The translations under genes and the position numbers were made by a program. Below are positions 1 through 10,934 of a stretch of 64,000 bases of DNA, piece after piece (position 1 is the stretch's first letter; every line of letters begins with the position of its first letter). This DNA comes from Macrostomum lignano (taxonomy: Eukaryota): the NCBI GenBank assembly GCA_002269645.1, contig NIVC01002278.1, positions 62,001 through 126,000 on the forward strand, in the 5' to 3' direction. A model generated the notes under the pieces. It worked only from the letters and a program-made list of their open reading frames with translations, had not been told where the DNA came from and made no database searches.

Positions 1-1262
1 ACCGAATAAAAAAGAAATCGATTGTCAATACTGAATTTTGGCGCGATTTTGGTTTTTCAAAAACTTGTTAAATTAATTATTGGACAATGTTAGATTGCTC
101 AGTTACTCCCATGCTAAAAATAGTTTTTAAACAAAAGTTAAGTTAAACAAATAAACAGAAAATATTATGTGAATGCTAAAAACTAATGACAGAGTTTCCT
201 TGAGAAAAAACAATAAACGGAAACAGACAACAGCGGTCCTTCTGTTCGAGTAAACGAAATTTGTGTTTAAGAAGCTGTAAAATGTGTAAAATTGGATTAT
301 TGTCACAATTGATAAATACGATTAGCTATAGTTCGAGTACAACACTATAAAACACCAGTGTTTGATTAGGAGTCACGAGCTACACACAAATACTACTCGG
401 ATTTTTCATAAATCGGCCTCAAAAAGAGCTTATATTATGCATCGCAAAAAGTACAAACAAAAAAACTCAGAAAAGTTAAAATGTCGGTAAATCAGTTAAA
501 ACAACTTTTAGAGGCTAACTGAAAGCAAAACTTAGCAAAGCACGCGTCGCCTCTAGGAGCGTCTAAATTCTAAACTATTACAATTAATAATGGCTGCAAA
601 ATGCAACAAAAATACATAGAAAGAACTAATACACTGGAACATTTTGTTATTGTGCTTAGCAAAGTCTTCAAGCCGGAAAAAACTAGAAGTTTTGTTTTAA
701 CGGTTGCTCACCTAATTAAAACAATTAACTGCTCAGGAAGTTTTGCTAAGCACAATTCTGAACTGAGGTTACCTAATAGGGTAGTAACAACAGCAATAAA
801 ATATTTGAGCCTTTGCAAGCTACTGCACTGTGACACACAGCCTATTATAGCAACTAGCTAGTGGGACCAATTTTTAAATAATAAAAAATAAAGCGACTAG
901 AACGACAACAGAAACCGAGTTTCTAGCACGAAAATTCCTAGCAATTAACTAATAAATTATTAATAACCTTTGTCTAAGCTTGAAGAGCGGTAAAATACCA
1001 GAAATTGGGGTTAACGACAAAATTGGATAAAAAAATTGTTTCCATCGTCTAACCCGGAACTGCATCGACTTAGTTCATCCCCCTTTCCCCCTAAATTTCT
1101 CGCGTGTTCTCATTATTATAAAATTGACAAAAAGCGCAGAAAAATCCCACAACTATATTCCCATTGGACCTTTGCATTCGAATGCTGTTAGTCTTGACAA
1201 CAGTCCCCAATAACCTGTTTTGCCTTTTAACATGTAGCTTTATTCTTTGACTATTTGGACTT

Positions 1263-3723
1263 TTAATAGCCGCCCTGCTGGTACTGGCTGCCAGCTGAGA
1301 GATCTCCGCCGTAGTGCTGCTGCTGCTGCTGCTGGAAGTCACCGCCATGAGCGAATGGAGGCTGTTGTTGTTGCTGCTCCTGCTGCTGCTGCTGCTGCTG
1401 CTGACCACTTCCAATCTGATTCTCAATCTGAAAAGAGGAGACAGAGCTAGTAGATTTATTGTGTTGCTAAGGGATATCAGTGTGTTGCTAAGGGAGATCA
1501 GTGTGTTGCTGAGGGAGATTTAGTGTGTTGCTAAGGGAGATCAGTGTGTTGCTGAGGGAGATCAGTGGGTTGCTAAGGGAGATCAGTGTGTTGCTGAGGG
1601 AGATCAGTGTGTTGCTAAGGCGGATCAGTGTGTTGCTGAGGGAGATTTAGTGTGTTGCTAAGGGAGATCAGGGTGTTGCTAAGGGAGATCAGTGTGTTGC
1701 TGAGGGAGATCAGTGTGTTGCTAAGGGAGATCAGTGTGTTGCTGAGGGAGATCAGTGTGTTGCTAAGGCGGATCAGTGTGTTGCTAAGGGAGATCAGTGT
1801 GTTGCTGAGGGAGATCAGTGTGTTGCTGAGGGAGATCAGTGTGTTGCTAAGGCGGATCAGTGTGTTGCTAAGGGAGATCAGTGTGTTGCTAAGGCGGATC
1901 AGTGTGTTGCTAAGGGAGATCAGTGTGCTGCTAATGGAGATCAGTGTGTTGCTGAGGGAGATCAGTGTGTTGCTAAGGGAGATCAGTGTGTTGCTATGGT
2001 GGATGCAGTGTGGCGCCAGTGTGGCGCTAATACAGTGTATTTAAGAATACAGCAGATTTTTGTTAAAGCTTTCAGCACAGATCTCAAACGGTCACCTGGT
2101 CGGCAGTGTCGAAGGCGCCCTCGGCGCCCTGGCGGTACTTGAGGAACGCGAAATAAGTCAGGCCGGCCATGGAGGCCACAGAGAAAAAAGCGAAAGCGAT
2201 GCTGGCCCGAACGTTGGACCTCTGCCAGGGCTGCACTCCGATGGTTTTCAGCCAGAGGGAGGACGTGTTTGACCACTTGTTAGCCATGTAGCAGAAGGCC
2301 ACGAAGTATAGAAAAGTCCACGCGGCTGTGTGAGGCGGGCAAAATATGTTTGATTGTTGTTAATGGTTATATTTCAGCTAAATTATATACGATACGTTAC
2401 TGATTACTATTCACTGCACCTATATGATGTAATGTTAATTACATAGTCCCATTATAACTTCCCACAACATCCCAAACCCCACACAGCATCCCACATCACA
2501 CAGCATCTGACACCCCAAACAGCATCCCACACCCACACACAGCATCCCAGACCCAAAACAGCATCCCACACCCACACACAGCATCCCAGACCCCACACAG
2601 CATCCCACATCACACAGCATCCCACATCACACAGCATCCCACATCACACAGCATCCCACATCACACAGCATCCCACATCACACAGCATCCCACATCACAC
2701 AGCATCCCACATCACACAGCATCCCAGCCATCATGCCAACCAGTAAAAGCACCGCAATCCGAGCTCACCAGAGAAGCCCATATCGGCGATCACAAGCAGC
2801 CTGCGGTGCTGCACAGAGGACAGCTTCTCAAACAGGATGTCACCAAGCAGAAACACCATGCAGCCTAGGAAGGCGACCACGCCGGTGAATACGCCAAAGC
2901 CGCAGGCGTTCTTCTGCCCCATCATGATGCAGATGTTCTCCACGTAGGCTCCAGAGCTGATGCAGCCAAAAACTATGATGGCAAAGAACTGCAATGGTCA
3001 TAGACAGGCAAAGGTGGTGCGCCGGGCTTAATATTCAGTGACTTCAGTCTCATCAATTGGCATATGAACAAGTATTTTTTGAACAATATGTTTAAAGTAA
3101 TAGGCTTTTGCTGATTCATTTGCTAGTTGACAACATCATTCAACATCATGATTTCAGAAAGTATTTTTTAACTATTTGTCTTTATTTAGTGCTTCATTAA
3201 CAATAGTGCTGAATCAGTCCTAGACTGAGTGAATGAGGATTTGTAAAATCTTTTTGTCCTTCAACACTTAAATTTTTAGATGTTTAGATGTTTAATATTG
3301 ACCAATAAAAATAATTAATTTTCAGTGAGCAAAATTTTGGTTGAATAAAGCTATAGTTAAAAAATTTATATTTTGAATATCCTGCAACTGCAAGCTATAC
3401 CATATAAATATTCTTAATAAGACTTTGTCTCCAGATTCAGTTGGAATAAATATTAGAATGAATTTCCACGCTTCATCTTTTTCCTTAAAAACTAAAAACA
3501 TAGCTCAAGACTAATATAAAAACTACAAAACATTTCATTGACTGTGTTAAATCTGTAAGAGAAGGCTCAAATAGGGCATTATATATAGTACGAAACGATA
3601 ATATAATCTTACCCAGGAAAGAAGACGCAGGATAGAAGTAGGACGTTTAACGAATTCGATTGGATTAAAATTATATCCAAAGCCCTGAGCTTTGCCAGCT
3701 CCATAAGCACCACCACCGTCCAT
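1263..3723 (-). CDS. SYNGR: Synaptogyrin (MARVEL domain), 4 exons: complement(join(1263..1427,2096..2325,2769..2988,3613..3723)), 241 aa
   Basis: N-terminus MDGGGAYGAGKAQGFGYNFNPIEFVKRPTSILRLLSW; MARVEL segments FFAIIVFGCISS, NACGFGVFTGVVAFL, FVAFCYMANKW, NVRASIAFAFFS; tail ends YQQGGY*. All three introns are GT..AG with phases 0,1,0 consistent; total 726 nt. Confidence 0.95.
1461..1996. repeat. 21-bp minisatellite (tcagtgtgttgctaagggaga), about 25 copies, synaptogyrin intron 3
   Basis: Directly visible tandem units; produces the spurious LLREISV ORF. Confidence 0.95.
2461..2727. repeat. About 17-bp minisatellite (cacagcatcccacatca), synaptogyrin intron 2
   Basis: Visible tandem units, more degenerate on the left. 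Confidence 0.9.
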
Positions 3724-4570
3724 TTCTTTCTTGGATTGCTTAAGCCTTTTCCACTGGCGAAGCTATAATTTAACTCAAATTTATATATCGGTCTATTATC
3801 CGTGTTTAAAAAAGCCTTGTTTTTATTTTCACGTCCCAAATTAACAATTTTATACTAAACTATTACAGTGGAACCGTTGTTTATTAAAAATCTAAAGTTT
3901 GCAGCTTAATTTTAGTTACCACTCTCTCCTCTGTAGTTTTAATAAATTTTAACATTTCTTCATTGTATACCCATGTTAGTTTCGGCATTTTTAACATCGT
4001 AGAAGTTTCTGAATTTTTTTCTATAATGGGCGCTGATAAAAGCAAGGGGCTTCAAAATTTTAAAATAGGGTCCAATGTTTTTATGTTAGGGATACGTGTA
4101 ATGTAACTAATGCTTGTGCTAAAATATTTCTGACTTTTTTAGGATATCAACTTTGAAAGAATGGCTTAAGTTGAACGAAAAACATTTTTTAGAATTTAAA
4201 CTGTTCCAGGATTCGTCGGGGCGATTGCGAAACTCGTATATTTTGGTTTAATAAACTTAAACTTCTGACTGATACGAAATCTACATGCATATATTTTAAA
4301 GATAATAATTTCCTTTTGAAACCTGTTTTGTCCAGCGTTTTTTAACTAGATAAGCATTTCATCAGCATTTTTATTGAAACTTTGCATTTATTTTTTTGTT
4401 TATATTTCAGCAGAGTCTGCACTATTGCAAAAAATAGCACCTAAGAGTATTCCTAATTAGGCCAAATGCAAAACTATATTCAAATTAGTGCCTGCAGGTT
4501 TTAGTGCAAAAGAATACTTCTTACTATTTATTAAATTTTGGCGCCCTTTTTACTACTTCTTAGCTGATGT

Positions 4571-4820
4571 CTTATTTGGTAAAACATTTCCAAGTAAAAA
4601 CCTTGTATATCTATCAATCAAATTGACCTCCACCATGGACATACATGACATTGCTTATTTGGTAAAACATTTCCAAATAAAAACCTTGTATATCTATCAA
4701 TCAAATTGACCTCCACCATGGACATACATGACATTGCTTATTTGGTAAAACATTTCCAAGTAAAAACCTTGTATATCTATCAATCAAATTGACCTTCACC
4801 ATGGACATACATGACAATGC
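4571..4820. repeat. 83-bp tandem repeat x3 between the divergent SYNGR and PPIL6 starts
   Basis: cttatttggtaaaacatttcc recurs at 4571, 4654 and 4737. Confidence 0.95.
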
Positions 4821-4907
4821 TTTGTTAAAGATTTTGCTCGTACAATGTTTATGAAGAGCCTGAGTATAGAGCCTAATCAAACTGAAAGTTTAAAGTTTTA
4901 ATCTCTT

Positions 4908-6386
4908 ATGCAAAAAATGTCATCCCGCGCCGAATGTAAAGCCTTGGACCTTCGAATTGTCGGCCTGGTTTCCGACATGAAATTCCACGTGGCCAAGAAC
5001 TGCGCCGCCGACTTGGAGAAACTTGTGCAACCGGAGCGCCGTCTGGTGCTGAGCGTCACCCCGCTGCTGGAATTCGAATGGGCCGACTTTATTCGCCAAA
5101 CTGTGCGCGAGGCCGGCGGCGAATTCTGGACCTTCGACGATCAGGCTGCGGTCTTCCTTGACGGCCAGCTGCGCGGCAGTGCCCAGTGGCTGCTGCAGTG
5201 GGCCATGGAGACCTACGGCTACGAGGACTTCCGGCCGCTGCCGCTCTACCGGACCCTCACCGAGGACGCCTACGCCGACGAGTTCAAACGACGCGGCCAC
5301 GACTTTGTCTACCTGGACATCTCCATCGCAGGCGAGCCGGCCGGCCGACTCGTCATCGAGCTGTTCAAGAGCGTGGCGCCCAGGACTTGCGAGAATTTCC
5401 GACAGCTTTGCACAGGCGAGCGCGGCGTCTCCAAGCACAATCCAGTCGAGCAGTTCGACCTGTGCTACCGGAAGTCCATCTTTCACCGGCTGGTGCCAGA
5501 GGGCTGGATCCAGGGAGGAGGTGCGCTGCACTATATCATCATATTTGTTGTTCGCTAGTAAATCGTTTAAATGATTCACCGATACTAATTCAAGTAGTGA
5601 TGAATTTTAAGGCATTTTGCCGAGTCGAGTAATACGCACAGACACACTCACACAGGAGTGTACAGCTGCCCTGGTTTTATTTAACGTTAAGCATGTACAC
5701 TTCACTGTGCTTTGGGGCTTGGTCCTCAAGGGCGTTAATTGCACGAGCAGAGCCAAGCCGATTCCGATTTAGCCCCAAATTAATGTGACTGCAATTGGGG
5801 CCGCTGACACATCGGAGCCCGTATATATAAGAAAGCAACGCGCAAAATAGGCATTTATCGATTCTATACTTTTAGTCAATGGTAGCTCGTATAAGTGAAT
5901 TACGCAATATAATAAAAAGATGAGTATAATAGTGTGCGTTACTATTAGTAGTATAGTAATTATATTACTATAATTTTTAAGTTTTTAAGTTTTTTGACAT
6001 TTAAAATAAAAGGTTGAAAATTTATTAACATATTGAATAATAAATGTATTAAAATCCTTAATCCAGACATCTGGTACGGCAAGGGCAACGGCGGCGAGTC
6101 AGTCTACGGCGAGACATTCGACGACGAGAACTTCATCCTGTCGCACGATCGCCGAGGCGTGGTCGGCATGGCCAACCGCGGGCGGCACACCAACGGCTCG
6201 CAGTTCTTCATCACGCTGAAGTCCTCCCGCTGGATGGACACCAAATTCGTGGCATTCGGCCGCGTTGTTGAGGGCTCCGGTGTTCTGGAACGGATGGAAT
6301 CAGTGGGGACCGTTAATGAGAGGCCGCTGGACGAGATTCAGGTGGCCGACTGCGGCGAGTTCGTTCCCAATTTGGCGCGGGATTGA
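4908..6386 (+). CDS. PPIL6: PPIL6-type cyclophilin (radial spoke RSP12-like), join(4908..5520,6067..6386), 310 aa
   Basis: N-terminal PPIL6-type extension, then cyclophilin domain: VYLDISI, GRLVIELF, APRTCENFRQLCTG, FHRLVPEGWIQGG|DI, FDDENF, GMANRGRHTNGSQFFIT, WMDTKFVAFGRV. Phase-1 intron GT5521..AG6066. The start could instead be ATG 4917. Confidence 0.93.
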
Positions 6387-6416
6387 TAGCGCCCGGCTGC
6401 GACCGCTATGGACGGA

Positions 6417-6650
6417 AGTGGGTCTGGGTGTAGGACTGAGGAGGGGATCTGGGTGTGGGACTGAGTAGGGGTCTGGGTGTGGGACTGAGTAGGGTCTAGC
6501 TGTGGGACTGAGTAGGGGTCTGGGTGTGGGACTGAGTAGGGTCTAGCTGTGGGACTGAGTAGGGGTCTGGGTGTGGGACTGAGTAGGGTCTAGCTGTGGG
6601 ACTGATAGGGGTCTGGGTGTGGGGCTGAGTAGGGGTCTGGGTGTGGGACT
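6417..6650. repeat. G-rich 23-24-bp minisatellite (gggtctgggtgtgggactgagtag) just after the PPIL6 stop
   Basis: Visible tandem units; AATAAA follows near 6738. Confidence 0.9.
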
Positions 6651-7320
6651 TGCATAAATGTCTAAAAGTGGAGCTGAGGGGACATTTTTAAAGAAGGGTC
6701 AGTTATTGTGCGGCTCCAGCTTGCAGAAACCTGAGAAATAAAAGTACTAAAAAACTCTGTTTTGAATTGTTTGTTTTGCTCTTCGTACCTTTTCATATTG
6801 AGTTTTATATTCGTAATTGTACAACAAATGCTCTTGCTGAGCTAACAAAATAAATTTGCTGATAAAATAAGCGTACGACAAATAATTAAATTTGTCAATA
6901 AGCAAAATAAGGATTCAAAACGTTCAATTTCTAATGGTTAAATGACACATTAAAGTGCTGGATACAGGCACTTATTTGCATTAAACGTGCTTGATCATTC
7001 CGAAATATTGATTGATGATTGGAAGCAGAGCGACTTCTTCAACTTCTGAGTCCAATTCCTGGATAGAAAATCGAGCAATAAATTGCAGCCAAAATCTCCG
7101 TTTATAATTTCTAGTATTTTATTGAAAGCAGAACTTTGCTTTAGCGTTTGAATTGCTTGCTCTGGTCTCGGGTTACTGGCTGGGCGCATGTCGAATAGGG
7201 TTTTTGGGAACTGGTTCAGAACAGCTCTGTTGGCCCAATTCAACGGCCTTTTTATCCTCTGCAGAGCTTTCCTCCTCTGTGCCCACTCCTTCTAAGCCGT
7301 CTCTTGTTTTATTCCAAATC

Positions 7321-8551
7321 TCTCTTTCTTCTCCGTTACCTCTCTTTCTTCTCCATGGTCTTTTTCTTCCCAATGATATCTCTTTCTTCCCAATGATATC
7401 TCTTTCTTCTCCATGGTCTCTTTCTTCCCAATGATATCTCTTTCTTCCCAATGATCTCTCTTTCTTCTCCATGGTCTCTCTTTCTTCCCAATGATCTCTC
7501 TTTCTTATCCATGGTCTCTCTTTATTCCCAATGATATCTCTTTCTTTCCAATGATCTCTCTTTCTTCTCCATGGTCTCTCTTTCTTCCCAATGATATCTC
7601 TTTCTTCCCAATGATCTCTCTTTCTTCTCCATGGTCTCTCTTTCTTCCCAATGATATCTCTTTCTTCCCAATGATCTCTCTTTCTTCTCCATGGTCTCTC
7701 TTTCTTCCCAATGATAGCTCTTTCTTCCCAGTGATCTCTCTTTCTTCTCCATGGTCGCTCTTTCTTCCCGATGATCTCTCTTTCTTCCCAATGATAGCTC
7801 TTTCTTCCCAGTGATCTCTCTTTCTTCTCCATGGTCGCTCTTTCTTCCCGATGATCTCTCTTTCTTCCCAATGATAGCTCTTTCTTCCCAGTGATCTCTC
7901 TTTCTTCTCCATGGTCGCTCTTTCTTCCCGATGATCTCTCTTTCTTCCCAATGATATCTCTTTATTCCCAATGATCTCTCTTTCTTCTCCATGGTCTCTC
8001 TTTCTTCCCAATGATATCTCTTTCTTCCCAATGATCTCTCTTTCTTCTCCATGGTCTCTCTTTCTTCCCAATGATAGCTCTTTCTTCCCAATGATATCTC
8101 TTTATTCCCAATGATCTCTCTTTCTTTCCAATGATCTCTCTTTCTTCTCCATGGTCTCTCTTTCTTCCCAATGATATCTCTTTCTTCCCAATGATCTCTC
8201 TTTCTTCTCCATGGTCTCTCTTTCTTCCCAATGATATCTCTTTCTTCCCAATGATCTCTCTTTCTTCTCCATGGTCTCTCTTTCTTCCCAATGATATCTC
8301 TTTCTTCCCAATGATCTCTCTTTCTTCTCCATGATCTCTCTTTCTTCCCAATGATATCTCTTTATTCCCAATGATCTCTCTTTCTTCTCCATGGTCTCTA
8401 TTTCTTCCCAATGATCTCTCTTTCTTCCCAATGATATCTCTTTCTTTTCCATGGTCTCTCTTTCTTCCCAATGATATCTCTTTCTTCCCAATGATATCTC
8501 TTTCTTCTTAATGATCTCTCTTTCTTTCCAATGATCTCTCTTTCTTTCCCA
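7321..8551. repeat. Pyrimidine-rich satellite of 20-bp monomers, often grouped as a 60-bp higher-order unit
   Basis: Monomers atgatatctctttcttccca, atgatctctctttcttctcc and atggtctctctttcttccca recur in ordered triplets. Confidence 0.93.
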
Positions 8552-9449
8552 AGACTTCCATTTCTGCTCTCTGGCTTTACTGCAAGATTTTTTTAGTTAA
8601 ATATTTTGTTTATCTAACTAACTTTTTAAACGTTGTCCCATATAAACAATGTGTTTCAATACTATTAATAACAATACTATTAAGTGGTAAAATATGGCTC
8701 TATTATGAAAGGTCATTAACACTAGAATCCCCTTTGTTGAATTATTAAATAACTAAATTCGAAAATAAGGATGATTCGATTTTTCCAATCAAAAATGCAT
8801 CACAGAAATAAGTTAATCTTTTTAGCGTTCTCAACTTCTGGGGTATAATTTGAGTAACTCATCCAGCTATATTACAGGATAAAAATTTCACAAGTCAAAT
8901 CGCCTTTTATTGTGTTCGAAATAGATTTGATTAACTACACACATTGCAAAAAAGTTACAATAAATATCAGTGCATCTAATTCTACAAGAGATGAATTGTG
9001 TTTATCACGGCCTGTGCTCTGTAGCTGATGCATGTATATGATAGTGACGAAAAGCCATTTTAACTACAGTGCAGTTGTACACTAACATTATTACTTGGGC
9101 TATAATTGTGTAGGGTTGCAAACGAACTATTTAAGCATCCGATTCAGTACTTATTACATCAGTATAATATATATCTAGAAACATTGCAAGAAAGAAAAAT
9201 AGAGTCGAAAGTTGTAACGAACAATTGCAAACGAACAAAAATCTAAGAGAATTTGAACTTTTTGAAAAATTAAAAACAAAACGTTAGTAAATTTCTTTTG
9301 TAAAGAAACATTATAATACAATTAGCAGAAATGAGCTTGTTAATAATATAGCAATATTATGGTGACTGGAACACAGGAGCACTTCGACAAAAGTTTGATA
9401 GAATTGCGCTGCACAAACTAATTATAGATAGCCATATCCGCAGGATATA

Positions 9450-10034
9450 CAGTATTAGTATAGCTTTTTGCAATCAGTTTGAGCTTAGCAGCATTTGACT
9501 TAATCCAGAGTGGCAGACTGCTACACCCAAGACAACTGCTGCCCCTAGTCTATGCCCCTAGTCTATGGCCCTAGTCTATGACCCTAGTCTATGGCTCTAG
9601 TCCATGGCCCTAGTCTATGGTCCTAGTCTATGGCCCAAAAGTTTGACTGGCGAGCAAAGATTTCATTTGCCATCCCACTAACCTACAAATCAGCAACAAT
9701 ATGAGCTGGGAAGCTGAAGATAGCGACATGGTTTGCCGAATGGCTCATGAGCGTTTGGACCAAATTGATGCTTGTTGGTCCAATTTAAATGCCGCTTTGC
9801 CAGCCTTGCTACCATAGACAAAAGCTCCGTTACATTGGCAGACCTATCTTGGATTAAATTCAATGCGCGTAGGCACAAATGGGCTGCAAAAAGGTACATT
9901 ACATTAGCGAATGCTGCAGTGACATATTTGGATAATATAGAATCTGTGGTCTTGAGTGTAGCGTTCTACCACTCTGGATTAAGTCAACTGCTCCTAAGCT
10001 CAAACTGACGGCAAAAAGCTATGCTTTAGTATTG
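9450..10034. mobile_element. Inverted-repeat (MITE-like) element, about 85-bp imperfect arms (9450-9532 / 9947-10034), with an internal ccctagtctatgg tandem at 9541-9635
   Basis: tagctttttgcaatcagtttgagcttagcagcatttgacttaatccagagtggcag is mirrored by ctaccactctggattaagtcaactgctcctaagctcaaactgacggcaaaaagcta. The left end reads TA|CAGTA; no clean TSD on the right. Confidence 0.6.
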
Positions 10035-10433
10035 CTTTTGTCAGCCTAACTGAGAATAAAGCCACCCAAAATGAGAATCCTGCCTTCGCTGACTGCGAAG
10101 GGCCTGGCTGCGTGCAGCCTTAGTCTATGGGCCATAGACAATAAAGGACAAGCAAAGTGATAAAAAGCCATCCAATGTGAGAATCGATTGGTCTTTTAAA
10201 ACTTTGCTAGTCCTTTATAGTCTATGGCTCATAGACTAGGCTGGACGCAGCTAGGCCCTTCGTATTCAGCGTAGGCAGGATTCTCACATTGGATGGCTTT
10301 TTATCACTTTGCTTGTCCTTTATAGTCTATGGCCCATAGACTAAGGCTGCACGCAGCCAGGCCCTTCGCAGTCAGCGTAGGCAGGATTCTCACTTTGGAT
10401 GGCTTTATTCTCAGTTAGGCTGCCAAAACCAAT
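10031..10433. mobile_element. Palindromic MITE/foldback-like element with long arms (about 10031-10165 and the right end to 10433) and internally duplicated modules
   Basis: The left arm attgcttttgtcagcctaactgagaataaagcc...tagtctatgggccatagac...gtgagaatc is the near-exact reverse complement of the right end gattctcac...tagtctatggcccatagacta...ttaggctgccaaaaccaat. Confidence 0.7.
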
Positions 10434-10934
10434 AGTTAGCCCAGCGCTAAATGAGGATTTTACCACAGACAGTCCCGGCAAGTGTGAAACGCGCCCACTG
10501 GCTTTGCACATACAGCTTTGCATCGGCATCATTGACTAACTATTTCGCAGCAGTTAATGCTTGTTTCTACCATAGAAGCGTGTTGCATGTTGTCGCACGC
10601 TTTAATGGTGAAAGCAAGCAAAATCAGGAAAATTTTACTGTAGAATAGATTTCTTAAAATGGAAAAAACAGAAACACGCATCGATAAACAATAGCTAAAG
10701 TACACAGAGCAGATTGTAGTCAGATAATTGAAAACAAGCTAAAGCAAATTAATTTATTGAGTAATTTAGACTTCTTGGATTTTAAAGATAGTGGTTTTTT
10801 CTGTCATAATTACTCATATTACGAATGACTCACTGAGTCGGCTCTGAACTGACAGTCGCCCGTTACTAAACTAAAGAGGCCACACAAACATACACTGCAG
10901 CTTTGGGTAATGTTTCTTTTTCGGCACTAATAAG

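Noticed and set aside
1314-1450. Plus-strand Leu-rich, signal-peptide-like ORFs
   Set aside because: They are the antisense reading of the CAG-rich last synaptogyrin exon.
4920-5632. Long alternative-frame and antisense ORFs over PPIL6 (likewise over gag, innexin and the GPCR)
   Set aside because: Expected shadows of GC-rich coding sequence.
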